Of a stretch of 53,733 bases of DNA, positions 9,816 through 19,779 are shown one piece after another (the stretch's first letter is position 1; each line of letters begins with the position of its first letter). A model generated the notes under the pieces. The model was not told the origin of the DNA. It ran no database searches and was given only the letters and a program-made list of their open reading frames with translations. This stretch comes from an uncultured Spirochaetaceae bacterium (lineage in GTDB: Bacteria > Spirochaetota > Spirochaetia > Sphaerochaetales > Sphaerochaetaceae). A program made the translations under genes and the position numbers. The stretch is taken from assembly GCA_964534915.1 (NCBI GenBank), contig CAZHQL010000001.1:1-53733 (forward strand). The letters are read 5' to 3'.

Positions 9816-11531
9816 ATGGTCCAGTTCAGGGGAATATCATCATCAGAGGGCTATGCAGTATCTAAAGCCTTCATCTACCGCCATGACAAGCTCATAATTT
9901 CCCATGATTTTATAAACCCGGCTGACATTGATAAGGAAACAGCTTTCCTCGATTCAACGTTCTCATCCCTTATTGCTGAGTATAAGGAGAGCCTGAGAAA
10001 TGCTGTGGATGACACGGAAAAGGCCTTGTACTCAGTCGAGATACTGATGCTTGAGGATGCTGAGTACAGGAAAGCCATAAGGAAAATCATAAGAGAGAAG
10101 CTCTACTGCGCTCCATGGGCCGTTGAGGAGGCCACAGAGGAGATAATAGAGAAAATAAAGGGCATAGGGGATGAGTATATCAAGGAGAGGATAATCGACA
10201 TACGCGATATCGAGTATGTAATCCTTGAGACCTTAAGCGGCAAGAGAAGGGGGCGCATAGTAATTCCTGATAAAAGAATCCTGGTTGCCGACTATATCCT
10301 CACAAGCGAGCTTTTAGCCCTTGAAGGACTTGAGAATGTAGAAGCAATCGTACTGGACTCAGGTGGAAAGGCAAGCCATATCTCTGTTTTGGCAAAGAGC
10401 AACAGGATTCCATCTGTTGTGGGAGTTGAGAACTTCTCGCTCTCTGCAGAGGAGGGAGAGCTTCTTGTTGTGGATGCTTATGAGGCAAGAGTCATAAAGA
10501 AGCCCTCAAAAAAAGTAATAAATGAGTATGATGCGAAAATAAAGGCCTTAAGGGAGGCTCATGAAAGCTTTGATGCTTCAAAGGGAGCCACAGGGGATGA
10601 TCATCCTGTCACGCTTGATGCGAATATCGAATGGCTTGAAGGAATAGGCGATGCAATCAGGGCAGGATGTGAGAACATAGGACTCTTCAGGACTGAGTTC
10701 ATTGCGATAAAGGAAGGCATGCTCAGCAGTGACAGCAATGGCGAGATCTATGCAGAAGCTGCGCGACGCATGGCAGGGCGGGGGCACGTAGTCTTCAGAA
10801 CGCTTGACATCGGAGGGGATAAGAAGAGTGATGGAATGAGTGAGGAAGAATCCCCCCTTGGCTGGAGGGCAGTCAGGTACATGCTCAGACATAAAACAGA
10901 GTTCAAGGCCCAGATTAAAGCGATACTGATGGCATCCAGGTACCGCAATGTCAGGATGATGTTTCCCTTGATAAGCGGCCTTGAGGAGCTTGATGAAGTT
11001 CTTCTTCTTCTAGAGGAAGTGAAAAAGGAGCTGAGAGAGAAGAAGATTGACTTTGACGAAGGGATGAAGACAGGCATCATGATAGAAGTTCCATCTGCAG
11101 CGCTTATATCTGACCTCCTTGCAAGGAGGGTGGATTTCTTCTCAATAGGCACTAATGACCTCATCCAGTATACAATCGTAGCTGACCGTGATAACGAGAA
11201 GACCAATTACCTCTATGATCCGCTGCATCCTGCCCTTCTGAGGCTGATAAAGAGCGTGGTAGAGAACGCACACAGCGCAGGCATCCAGGTCGGCATCTGC
11301 GGCCAGATGGCTTCCGAGAAGCTCTATACTCCCATTCTCGTCGGCCTTGGCGTAGATGAGATGAGCATGAGCCCCTCAAGCCTGCCTGTTATAAGGAAAT
11401 ACCTTTCCTCTTTAACCTTTGATGATTGCTCAAGACTTGTAAATGAAGTACTCTCAGAAACTAGCCATGCTGTTATAGAAAAAATGGTTAAGGAATTTTT
11501 AAATGAGCGAGAAACTCGAAATCAGGAATAA
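9816..11531 (+). CDS. ptsI: Phosphoenolpyruvate-protein phosphotransferase (PTS enzyme I)
   Basis: 571 aa. Phospho-His region GGKASHISVLAKSNRIPSVVG, GTNDLIQY, and catalytic Cys region ICGQMASE. Confidence 0.9.
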   Translation: MVQFRGISSSEGYAVSKAFIYRHDKLIISHDFINPADIDKETAFLDSTFSSLIAEYKESLRNAVDDTEKALYSVEILMLEDAEYRKAIRKIIREKLYCAPWAVEEATEEIIEKIKGIGDEYIKERIIDIRDIEYVILETLSGKRRGRIVIPDKRILVADYILTSELLALEGLENVEAIVLDSGGKASHISVLAKSNRIPSVVGVENFSLSAEEGELLVVDAYEARVIKKPSKKVINEYDAKIKALREAHESFDASKGATGDDHPVTLDANIEWLEGIGDAIRAGCENIGLFRTEFIAIKEGMLSSDSNGEIYAEAARRMAGRGHVVFRTLDIGGDKKSDGMSEEESPLGWRAVRYMLRHKTEFKAQIKAILMASRYRNVRMMFPLISGLEELDEVLLLLEEVKKELREKKIDFDEGMKTGIMIEVPSAALISDLLARRVDFFSIGTNDLIQYTIVADRDNEKTNYLYDPLHPALLRLIKSVVENAHSAGIQVGICGQMASEKLYTPILVGLGVDEMSMSPSSLPVIRKYLSSLTFDDCSRLVNEVLSETSHAVIEKMVKEFLNERETRNQE

Positions 11532-13047
11532 GGCAGATATAGATACTTCCCTACCTTTAATAAGCATCATCGGGCGTCCGAATGTCGGCAAATCGACGCT
11601 CTTTAACCGCCTGATCGGAGAGAGGAGGGCAATTACTGATTCAACTCCGGGAGTAACCAGGGATCCGATTCCTGCCCGCTATCTGCTTGGGAACCATCCT
11701 GTGACACTTGTTGATTCAGGAGGAATCAAGGCAGAGAAAGAAGGACTTGATTTTGCAGTAAGCGAGAAAGCGCTCTCCCTTGTTGAGATATCAGATGTGA
11801 TTCTCTTTGTCCTTGAATGCACTGAAATCACGGGCGAGGACATGATGCTCATAGAGGATTTAAGGCCTTATTCAGATAAGGTGATCCTGGTAGTAAACAA
11901 GGTGGATGATCCCTCGCGCGATGACCTGGTGTGGAACTATTTCAGCCTTGGCTATCAGAGGATTGTTCCTCTTTCTGCTGCCCATGGCCTTGGCTTTGAG
12001 GAGCTTGAGGATACGATGCTCGGCATGCTGAATCTCGAGAGATCAGAGATAGAGCCAGAGGAGAATGAGAGGATAAAGATTGCAATCCTTGGAAAGCCGA
12101 ATACGGGCAAGAGCACGCTTACGAATCTTTTAACTGGCAGGGATATATCCATCGTAAGCGAGATTGCAGGAACTACGCGGGATGTAATGCGCGGCACTTT
12201 CGAGTATAAGGGCACTGATTACACTGTCCTGGACACTGCAGGCATCAGGAGAAAGAGCAAGGTCGAGGAGGATGTCGAGTATTATTCAGTGAACCGTGCC
12301 ATAAAGACGATAGATGAGGCAGATGTCGTACTGTTGATGATAGACATCAGGGAAGGTCTTGCAGAGCAGGACAAGAAGATAGCACAGCTGATCGTGCGCA
12401 GGGGAAAGGGCATTGTAATAGTACTTAATAAGGTTGACCTGCTTGAGGGAATTGCAAATCAGGTAGAGGCAATCAAGGACCGTGTGCGCTTCTTGTTCCC
12501 AATCCTCGGCTTTGCTCCGATCGTCACGATCTCTGCAACAGAGTCAGACGGAATAGCTAAAATGCTTGATACCCTCTGGCTTGTCTGGAAACAGCTTAAC
12601 AAAAGAGTAGATACTGCAGAATTCAATGAATCTCTCAAAAAGTGGACCAGTGACTATGAGATTCCACGGTCCAGCAGCGGCTACTTCAAGATCCTATATG
12701 GCACCCAGGTCTCTGTGACGCCTGTGCGCTTTCTGCTGTTCGTAAACAGGATCAAGGGCTTTCCTGAGACGTATCTGCAGTACATAAAGAACCAGATAAG
12801 AAAGGAACTGGGATTTTCATCAATCCCTGTTGAGATAAACCTGAGGGAAAGACAGAGGAATCCAAGCCTGAAGGAAAAGGGCATGAGCAAGGATGAGGCA
12901 GCTGTGAATAGGATTGTCAGCAAAGCTGTCTCATCTGGCCGCAGCAAGGGAGTAAGCAGGAAGCCTGGAGGAAAGGCAAGAATCGGAAAGCAGAAGGAGA
13001 GGGCAGAGAAGATTCTCAGAAGCCAGAAGCAGAGGAAGAAGAAGTGA
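11503..13047 (+). CDS. der: Ribosome-biogenesis GTPase Der (EngA) with a basic C-terminal tail
   Basis: 514 aa. Two G domains (GRPNVGKSTLFN and GKPNTGKSTLTN, each with DTAG/DSGG and NKVD) plus a KH-like domain. About 70 aa of Lys/Arg-rich tail. Overlaps ptsI by 29 nt. Confidence 0.92.
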   Translation: MSEKLEIRNKADIDTSLPLISIIGRPNVGKSTLFNRLIGERRAITDSTPGVTRDPIPARYLLGNHPVTLVDSGGIKAEKEGLDFAVSEKALSLVEISDVILFVLECTEITGEDMMLIEDLRPYSDKVILVVNKVDDPSRDDLVWNYFSLGYQRIVPLSAAHGLGFEELEDTMLGMLNLERSEIEPEENERIKIAILGKPNTGKSTLTNLLTGRDISIVSEIAGTTRDVMRGTFEYKGTDYTVLDTAGIRRKSKVEEDVEYYSVNRAIKTIDEADVVLLMIDIREGLAEQDKKIAQLIVRRGKGIVIVLNKVDLLEGIANQVEAIKDRVRFLFPILGFAPIVTISATESDGIAKMLDTLWLVWKQLNKRVDTAEFNESLKKWTSDYEIPRSSSGYFKILYGTQVSVTPVRFLLFVNRIKGFPETYLQYIKNQIRKELGFSSIPVEINLRERQRNPSLKEKGMSKDEAAVNRIVSKAVSSGRSKGVSRKPGGKARIGKQKERAEKILRSQKQRKKK

Positions 13048-13736
13048 GTTACTTGAAGGATAACAATATCAGGGCAGTCTGCTTTGACATAGATGGAACT
13101 CTCTATCCTAAGTGGCAGGCTGATTTAATACTCTTTAAGACATCGCTTTTACATCTTCCATTTGCCATCAGGTACATGAAGATGCGGATCAGGATAAGAG
13201 AAATGGACGGCTATGATGATTTTCCCCTCTCATCCGGCGATGAGTTCAAAGAGAGGGAGTACAGGATAATGTACCCGGAAGGACACAAGGATATCGCCTG
13301 GTTTAAGAAAAAGGAGAAGAAAGTCTTTCACGATAAATGGGAGAAGGCCTTCTCTCGTGTAAAAGGCTTTCGTGGCATGTCTGAATTCCTGAAGGAGCTT
13401 TCTTCTTCAGTTTCCGTGGCATTTCTATCAGATTTCCCAATCGGGTCCAAGCTCAGGGCCCTTGATATAGAAGGCGTTGCATCCTGTGTTTTAAGCAGCG
13501 AGGAGGCAGGGCGATTAAAGCCTTCGCGCCTCCCGTTCCGCCTTCTTTGTGAGCACTTAGGTCTTGAGGCTGAAGAAGTGCTCTATGTGGGGGACAGTGA
13601 GAAAAAGGATGTAAAAGGAGCGCATCAGGCAGGAATGAGGAGCCTGCTCATAACACAGAACAGGAAGAAAGCTCAAAGCAGCTCTGCAGATATAGTCGTC
13701 TCATCCTTTTATGAGATGAGGGAGAAACTACTCTAG
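13044..13736 (+). CDS. HAD-superfamily hydrolase
   Basis: 230 aa. DxDxT motif (CFDIDGTLY), distal GDSEKKDVKGAHQAGM. The GTG start overlaps the der stop (GTGA). Confidence 0.8.
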   Translation: MSYLKDNNIRAVCFDIDGTLYPKWQADLILFKTSLLHLPFAIRYMKMRIRIREMDGYDDFPLSSGDEFKEREYRIMYPEGHKDIAWFKKKEKKVFHDKWEKAFSRVKGFRGMSEFLKELSSSVSVAFLSDFPIGSKLRALDIEGVASCVLSSEEAGRLKPSRLPFRLLCEHLGLEAEEVLYVGDSEKKDVKGAHQAGMRSLLITQNRKKAQSSSADIVVSSFYEMREKLL

Positions 13737-13747
13737 GGGGAAATCTT

Positions 13748-15238
13748 ATGGATAACAGCATGATTATTCCTATCGCGATATCGTTTGCTCTGTTTATTCT
13801 TTCGCTTCTGATTTTCTTTTCAGCGAGGGTCGCTGACAAGAAATCGAGGAGTCTTGCTAATGTCACTGCTCAGATCAAGAGCTTCAGGAACGAGGTCTCA
13901 GCAACAACTCAGCGCCTTTTAACCTCGAGCCAGGACTGTACGGATAACGTGATGTCACATATTGAGCAGGCCAGGACCATAGTCGATATCATCAGCACAA
14001 GCCTCGACAGGCTCTCTCAGCACCAGAAGGACCTGACGCAGCTTGAAGGAATCTGCGTGGACTATCAGAGGGCACTGGATAAGCTCAGAACTCAGACAGA
14101 GCAGGCTGAGAACAGGATTGCAATAGTACAGCAGGAAATAAGGAAAGCTGAGAGCGTATCAGAATTCGTAAAGGCCTTCCATGAGGAATCAGAGCTGCTG
14201 GTAAACCAGATGCAGGATCTGAAATCCGAATACGTGCGCCTGGTTACATCCACTCAGGAAGCACTCAAGCAGCAGGCAGCGCTTCAGAAGAGTGATAACA
14301 GCGAGGCACTGAGCCAGTTCTCATCTGCCATGGAGAGGCAGAAGGCACAGCTTGTGGAATTCATTCACGCAGCCAGGGCAGACTTTGAGAGAGAGTGCAG
14401 CGAACAGACGAAGATTGCATCCTCCCTTACTGAGCGCATTCTGGATAAGAGGGCAGAGCTGGATGATGACCTCAGGGCCCTTGAGTCATCCAGAATTGCC
14501 ATAAAGGAGGATCTCAAGGCCTTCTTTGATGACACGAAGGCTTCTCTTGAGGCTCTCAGGGCTGAGATGGCAGAGACTATTGAGAGCATGGAAAGGGATG
14601 CAGAGGATGAAAAGAGAGATCTTGAGAATAAGAGCGCAGAATCCTCAGAGAGCCTCAGCAAGGCCTATGATGCCCTTTCAAGGGATTATGAGAATAAGAA
14701 GGCCTCTCTTGAGATTCTCATTGAAGAGAAGCTCAATGCTTTTGATGAGAGAATTGCTGCCCGTGAAGAGAAGCTCAGGCAGGCACTTGATAAGGCTGCA
14801 CTTGTCTCTGAGGAAAAATCAGAAAAAGAAGCAGAGGATTTCAGAGAGCTTGAGAAGATGAAGGCAGAAGCAGAAACCCTTGCTGAGAAGACAAGGGAAG
14901 CAGATGCGCTCTCAGATACAGCTTCTCCTGATAATCAGTCATCAGATGCTGAGGATGCAGAAAAAGAAGAAAGCCTTGAAGCAGAGGATCTTAATAAAGA
15001 AGAGATTGAGGAGGGCAGAGAAGAAGAGACAGATGCTGCTCAGGAAGAAGAAGCTGAAGCCGGGGATCTCCTTGAAAGCGAGGCAGTCCTTTATGATGAA
15101 GATATAGAGAATGAGATAAGCATGGACGATGGCATGATTGATGCATCTGAGATAAGCATGGGCGAGAGCATAATCGAGGAATTTCCTGACATCTTCATCG
15201 GAGAAGAGGAGGAGATAGACCTTGGGGATGATGATTAG
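13748..15238 (+). CDS. Hypothetical membrane-anchored coiled-coil protein with a hyperacidic C-terminal tail
   Basis: 496 aa. One N-terminal hydrophobic helix (IIPIAISFALFILSLLIFF), about 350 aa of heptad-like E/K/Q/L-rich sequence, and a last ~110 aa dominated by D/E. I recognise no enzymatic motif. Confidence 0.6.
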   Translation: MDNSMIIPIAISFALFILSLLIFFSARVADKKSRSLANVTAQIKSFRNEVSATTQRLLTSSQDCTDNVMSHIEQARTIVDIISTSLDRLSQHQKDLTQLEGICVDYQRALDKLRTQTEQAENRIAIVQQEIRKAESVSEFVKAFHEESELLVNQMQDLKSEYVRLVTSTQEALKQQAALQKSDNSEALSQFSSAMERQKAQLVEFIHAARADFERECSEQTKIASSLTERILDKRAELDDDLRALESSRIAIKEDLKAFFDDTKASLEALRAEMAETIESMERDAEDEKRDLENKSAESSESLSKAYDALSRDYENKKASLEILIEEKLNAFDERIAAREEKLRQALDKAALVSEEKSEKEAEDFRELEKMKAEAETLAEKTREADALSDTASPDNQSSDAEDAEKEESLEAEDLNKEEIEEGREEETDAAQEEEAEAGDLLESEAVLYDEDIENEISMDDGMIDASEISMGESIIEEFPDIFIGEEEEIDLGDDD

Positions 15239-15240
15239 TC

Positions 15241-15270
15241 TTGACGCTTGAGTGCCCTCGTTATTATTTT
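15241..15270 (+). promoter_or_regulatory. Candidate promoter of the grpE-dnaK-dnaJ operon
   Basis: TTGACG (15241-15246) is followed by TATTAT at a 15-nt spacing or TATTTT at an 18-nt spacing, 30-40 nt upstream of the grpE ATG. Spacing is not ideal. Confidence 0.35.
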
Positions 15271-15300
15271 CCCATTTGGTATCTGGAAAAAGGTGAAAGC

Positions 15301-15849
15301 ATGAAAGATGAAGATGTAAAAGACAGCATCCCTGAAGAGGAGATGAGAAAAGAGGGCGATGAAGGCGGCAAGGAGGATGCTCTCCTTTTGAGAATCAAGG
15401 AACTCGAGGAAGAGATAAAAGCGCTCAGGGAAGAGGATCTGAGAAACCGCGCAGAGACTGAGAATTACCGCAAGAGGCTCCTGAAGGATAAGGAGAGTGC
15501 AGTTACATTTGCAAACGAAGCCCTTATAAAGGACCTTCTTGATCCTGTTGACAATTTCTCACGCGCCATCGATTCAGCGAATAAGAGCGAGGACTTCAAG
15601 GCCCTTAAGGACGGCATTGAGATGGTTGAGGACCAGCTTCTGTCCACGCTGAAGACCAACTGGGGACTTGAGGTAATCGATGCCATGGACAAACCCTTTG
15701 ACCCTGCCGTGATGGAAGCATATGCAGTTGAGGAAAGAGAAGACATTACAGAGGAAAAAGTCATCAGCGTTTTTCAGTCTGGCTACACTCTGCATGGCAA
15801 AGTCATAAGAACAGCAAAAGTCATGGTTGCCAAGCCCAGAAATGCTTGA
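15301..15849 (+). CDS. grpE: Nucleotide exchange factor GrpE
   Basis: The track ORF starts at TTG 15241. ATG 15301 is preceded by AAAGGTGA. Acidic N-terminus, RAETENYRKR motif and a C-terminal beta domain (GYTLHGKVIRTAKV). Directly upstream of dnaK. Confidence 0.9.
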   Translation: MKDEDVKDSIPEEEMRKEGDEGGKEDALLLRIKELEEEIKALREEDLRNRAETENYRKRLLKDKESAVTFANEALIKDLLDPVDNFSRAIDSANKSEDFKALKDGIEMVEDQLLSTLKTNWGLEVIDAMDKPFDPAVMEAYAVEEREDITEEKVISVFQSGYTLHGKVIRTAKVMVAKPRNA

Positions 15850-15920
15850 CGATTAACACTGCCTTTATTATTTTGTTTTCGTAAATCATAGAGATAGATA
15901 ATTAATGGGAGAACATAGAA

Positions 15921-17828
15921 ATGAGCAAGATTATTGGAATTGACTTAGGTACTACGAACAGCTGTGTTGCTGTCATGGAAGGCAGTGAGCCAGTCGTCAT
16001 CGCCAACAGCGAGGGAGACAGGACCACACCCAGCGTAGTTGGATATAAAGGGAGCGACCGTCTTGTAGGAAAGCCTGCAAAGAACCAGATGGTTACAAAT
16101 CCGGAGAACACGGTTTACTCAATCAAGAGGTTCATGGGCCGCAAGTTCCATGAGGTAGGCGAAGAGATCAAGATGGTGCCATACAAGGTTACAAGCGGAG
16201 CCGGGGATGAGATCAAGGTTTCTGCAAATAATGAGCTGCTCTCTCCTCCTCAGATCAGCGCTGTAGTTCTTCAGAAGATGAAGAAGACTGCAGAGGATTA
16301 CCTTGGAGAGACTGTAACAGAGGCTGTTATCACAGTACCTGCATACTTTAACGATGCCCAGCGCCAGGCAACCAAGGATGCAGGGCGTATTGCAGGACTG
16401 GATGTTAAGCGAATTGTTAACGAGCCTACAGCTGCAGCACTGGCATACGGCTTTGGAAAGGATAAGAGCAAGGATGAGACCATCGCTGTATATGACCTTG
16501 GCGGCGGTACGTTCGATATCTCAATTCTTGAGCTTGGCGATGGAGTATTTGAGGTAAAGAGCACGAATGGAGATACTCACCTTGGAGGAGACAACTTCGA
16601 TCAGGTGATCATCGACTGGCTGGTTGCGGACTTCAAGGCTAAGAACGGAATAGATCTCTCGAGCGACAAAATGGCACTTCAGCGCCTGAAGGAAGCTGCA
16701 GAGCAGGCTAAGATCGTACTCTCATCCTCAACGACTACTACAATCAACCTTCCGTTCATTACAGCTAATGCAAGCGGACCACTTCACTTGCAGCTTGAGC
16801 TTACAAGAGCCAAGTTCGAGCAGATGATTGCTCCCCTTGTAGAAAGGACGAAGGGCCCATGCCTTAACGCACTTAAGGATGCAGGGCTATCTGCAAGCCA
16901 GATAGACGAGGTCATCCTGGTAGGAGGATCCTCAAGAATCCCATGCGTACAGGAAGCTGTAAAGCAGATCTTCGGGAAAGAGCCTCACAAGGGAGTGAAC
17001 CCGGATGAGGTAGTAGCAGTCGGAGCTGCCATCCAGGGCGGAATCCTCAGCGGAAATGTAAAGGATGTCCTCCTTCTCGATGTAACTCCGCTCTCACTTG
17101 GAATCGAGACTCTCGGAGGAGTTGCTACGAAGCTCATCGAGAGGAATACCACAATTCCTACCAAGAAGAGCCAGATCTTCAGCACTGCTGCAGATAACCA
17201 GACAGCAGTATCGATTCACGTCCTTCAGGGAGAAAGGGAGCTTGCAAGCCAGAACAGGACCCTTGGCACATTCGACCTCGTTGGAATTGCTCCAGCTCCG
17301 CGCGGAGTACCTCAGATTGAGGTTACATTCGATATCGATGCCAACGGAATCGTACATGTAAGTGCTAAGGACCTCGGAACAGGCAAGGAGCAGCAGATTG
17401 TAATTGAGTCTTCTTCCGGACTTTCAGAAGCAGAGATTGAGAAGATGGTCAAGGATGCTGAGGCACATGCTGCAGATGACAAGAAGACAAGGGAGACCAT
17501 AGAGGCCAGGAACACTGCAGAGTCCGTAGTCTACCAGACTGAGAAGGCACTCAAGGACTATGGGGATAAGGTCTCTGATGCTGAGAAAGGCACTATTGAG
17601 AGCGCTCTGAGTGAGCTTAAGAACACTCTTGGAAATCAGAGTGCTACAGCTGAGGAGCTCAAGAGCAGGACTGATGCAGTCCAGCAGGTAGCAATGACGC
17701 TGGGACAGAAGGTGTATGAAGCTGCCCAGGCTCAGCAGAATGCATCAGCAGGCCCGGGTCCGGAGAGCACAGCAGGAAGCAAGAATGACGATGGCTCTGT
17801 GGATGCAGACTTCGAAGAGGTTAAGTAA
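15921..17828 (+). CDS. dnaK: Chaperone DnaK (Hsp70)
   Basis: 635 aa. [24 protein letters not shown] and [11 protein letters not shown] signatures. Confidence 0.97.
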   Translation: MSKIIGIDLGTTNSCVAVMEGSEPVVIANSEGDRTTPSVVGYKGSDRLVGKPAKNQMVTNPENTVYSIKRFMGRKFHEVGEEIKMVPYKVTSGAGDEIKVSANNELLSPPQISAVVLQKMKKTAEDYLGETVTEAVITVPAYFNDAQRQATKDAGRIAGLDVKRIVNEPTAAALAYGFGKDKSKDETIAVYDLGGGTFDISILELGDGVFEVKSTNGDTHLGGDNFDQVIIDWLVADFKAKNGIDLSSDKMALQRLKEAAEQAKIVLSSSTTTTINLPFITANASGPLHLQLELTRAKFEQMIAPLVERTKGPCLNALKDAGLSASQIDEVILVGGSSRIPCVQEAVKQIFGKEPHKGVNPDEVVAVGAAIQGGILSGNVKDVLLLDVTPLSLGIETLGGVATKLIERNTTIPTKKSQIFSTAADNQTAVSIHVLQGERELASQNRTLGTFDLVGIAPAPRGVPQIEVTFDIDANGIVHVSAKDLGTGKEQQIVIESSSGLSEAEIEKMVKDAEAHAADDKKTRETIEARNTAESVVYQTEKALKDYGDKVSDAEKGTIESALSELKNTLGNQSATAEELKSRTDAVQQVAMTLGQKVYEAAQAQQNASAGPGPESTAGSKNDDGSVDADFEEVK

Positions 17829-17859
17829 GGCTTCTTCAAAAACATATTTTCGGCAAAAG

Positions 17860-17882
17860 CAGCATGGGAACATGCTGTTTTT
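17860..17882 (+). terminator. Intrinsic terminator/attenuator hairpin between dnaK and dnaJ
   Basis: CAGCATG (17860-17866), GGAA loop, CATGCTG (17871-17877), then TTTTT. Lies 21 nt upstream of the dnaJ start. Confidence 0.6.
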
Positions 17883-17903
17883 CCTATGATATAGAGGAAA
17901 GAA

Positions 17904-19007
17904 ATGGCAAAGCGTGATTATTATGAAGTTCTCGGCGTTTCCAAGAGTGCTACTCTTGATGAGATAAAGAAGGCCTACAGGAAGATCGCCATGGCAAACC
18001 ATCCCGATACGCACCCTGATGACAAGGCTGCAGAAGAGCGTTTCAAGGAGGCCAGTGAGGCCTATGAGATCCTTTCGGATGAGACTAAGAGACGAAATTA
18101 TGATCAGTTCGGCTTTGCCGGGGTAGAAGGCTTTACAGGAGCTGGAAACTACAGCAATGTCTACAGGGATTTCTCTGACATATTCTCAGGAGGATTCTCA
18201 GACATCTTCGAGTCCTTCTTCGGAGGAGGAGCAAGGTCATCAAGAAGTCAGGGCCGTCAGGGCTCATCCCTGCGCTATGAGCTTTCAATAGACTTTGCAG
18301 AGGCAGTAAGCGGATGCAAGAAGGAGATATCATTCTCTCATAAGGTAAAGTGTCACACATGCAGCGGAACGGGGGGAACGGGCCGCAGGAGTTGTCCCAC
18401 ATGCCACGGATCGGGACAGGTTGCACGCGGAAGCGGCTTCTTCCAGGTTGCAACTGCTTGTCCTGCATGCCATGGATCGGGGTCGATAATAGACAATCCA
18501 TGCGCATCATGCCACGGCACGGGAACAGAGAGAAAGAGCGAGAAGCTCATGGTGACAATCCCTGCAGGCGTTGAGACTGGAAGCCGCCTCACGCTGAGAG
18601 GAAAAGGCGATGCCGGGGAAAATGGCGGAGCAGACGGGGATCTCTATATCTTCATCACTGTCCGCGATGATAAATACTTCGTACGCGATGGCCAGGATGT
18701 ATACCTTGAAGTCCCCATCTCGTACTCACAGGCAGTACTTGGAGCAGATATCTACGTTCCGACGATAGATGGAACTGAGATAAAGGTTTCAATTCCTGCA
18801 GGAACCCCTGGAGGAAAGACACTGAGGATAAAGGGAAAGGGCTTTCCCTATATAAACTCAACGCAGAGAGGAAACATGTATCTGAAGGTTACTGTGGATG
18901 TGCCCAGGCATGTTCTTTCCTTAAAGCTTCGAAAGCTCATCAAGGAGCTTGGCGAGGAGCTTGGATCGAGTGACCATCCGACTCCTGTAGAGTATGAGAT
19001 TGATTAG
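17904..19007 (+). CDS. dnaJ: Co-chaperone DnaJ (type I)
   Basis: 367 aa. J domain with HPD (ANHPDTHPDD), a G/F region and four CxxCxGxG zinc-finger repeats. Confidence 0.95.
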   Translation: MAKRDYYEVLGVSKSATLDEIKKAYRKIAMANHPDTHPDDKAAEERFKEASEAYEILSDETKRRNYDQFGFAGVEGFTGAGNYSNVYRDFSDIFSGGFSDIFESFFGGGARSSRSQGRQGSSLRYELSIDFAEAVSGCKKEISFSHKVKCHTCSGTGGTGRRSCPTCHGSGQVARGSGFFQVATACPACHGSGSIIDNPCASCHGTGTERKSEKLMVTIPAGVETGSRLTLRGKGDAGENGGADGDLYIFITVRDDKYFVRDGQDVYLEVPISYSQAVLGADIYVPTIDGTEIKVSIPAGTPGGKTLRIKGKGFPYINSTQRGNMYLKVTVDVPRHVLSLKLRKLIKELGEELGSSDHPTPVEYEID

Positions 19008-19035
19008 CCTTCCTAAATAAAATAGGATTAGTCTT

Positions 19036-19779
19036 ATGGGTGAAAGAATTTATGGCTATCATGCGATAGAAGAGGCTCTCAAGAAGGCTTCTGCCGGCTC
19101 TAGTCTGTACTTGCTGAGAAACGGGGGAGAGCGCTTAAATAAGCTTGTCTTCCAGGCACAGTGCACGGGAAAGGTTGCTGTTAAAAAGCTCAGCCGTGAG
19201 GAGCTTGACAGGATGGCAGGCGGGATTGACCACCGCGGAGCAATACTTGATCTCGGTGGCCCGCGAAAGGGAGCAAGCCGCCTTCAGGAGATAGGAGTTG
19301 AAGAGTTTCTTTCGTCCCTTTCCGAAGAGAAGGACTACATCGTCCTGATGCTTGACGGGATAACGGATCCTCATAATCTTGGTGCAATCCTGAGGAGTGC
19401 AGACCAGTTCAGCGTAGATCTGGTCATAATCCCTGAGCGCCGTAGCGCTCAAGCCAATGAGACAGTGGTGAGAGTCTCAAGCGGAGCGGCTCAGTATGTT
19501 CCCATTTCCGTTGTAACGAACCTTTCAAGGGAGATAAAGAGATTCAAGGAGAGTGGTTTCTGGGTATATTCTGCAGACATGGACGGCACGCCTTGCTGCG
19601 AGGAGAAGTTCTCCAGGCGCACGCTTTTAATAATGGGCAGTGAAGGAAGCGGAATCTCTCCTCTTGTAAGGAAGAACTCGGACTATGTCGTATCAATTCC
19701 AACATCAGGGCATATAGACTCATTGAACGTATCTGTATCTGCCGGGATACTTCTTTACCAGTACAGAAAGAGCCATTAG
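19036..19779 (+). CDS. rlmB: TrmH/SpoU-family 23S rRNA 2'-O-ribose methyltransferase (RlmB-like)
   Basis: 247 aa. N-terminal substrate-binding domain (YGYHAIEEAL) and SPOUT motifs (ITDPHNLGAILRSA, LIMGSEGSGIS, IPTSGHIDSLNVSVSAGILLY). Confidence 0.8.
   Translation: MGERIYGYHAIEEALKKASAGSSLYLLRNGGERLNKLVFQAQCTGKVAVKKLSREELDRMAGGIDHRGAILDLGGPRKGASRLQEIGVEEFLSSLSEEKDYIVLMLDGITDPHNLGAILRSADQFSVDLVIIPERRSAQANETVVRVSSGAAQYVPISVVTNLSREIKRFKESGFWVYSADMDGTPCCEEKFSRRTLLIMGSEGSGISPLVRKNSDYVVSIPTSGHIDSLNVSVSAGILLYQYRKSH

Noticed and set aside
14526-15107. Alternative-frame ORFs (111 and 75 aa on the plus strand, 98 aa on the minus strand) inside the coiled-coil gene.
   Set aside because: These are Lys/Arg- or Ser-rich frame-shift images of the GAA/GAG/AAG-rich sequence. 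The long frame, with its TM anchor, is the coherent one.
15230-15920. CIRCE-like fragments (GAGTGCC upstream of grpE, TTAACACTG upstream of dnaK).
   Set aside because: Only half-sites are present, and the partner arm at N9 spacing matches about 5 of 9 positions or not at all. This is not a credible HrcA operator.
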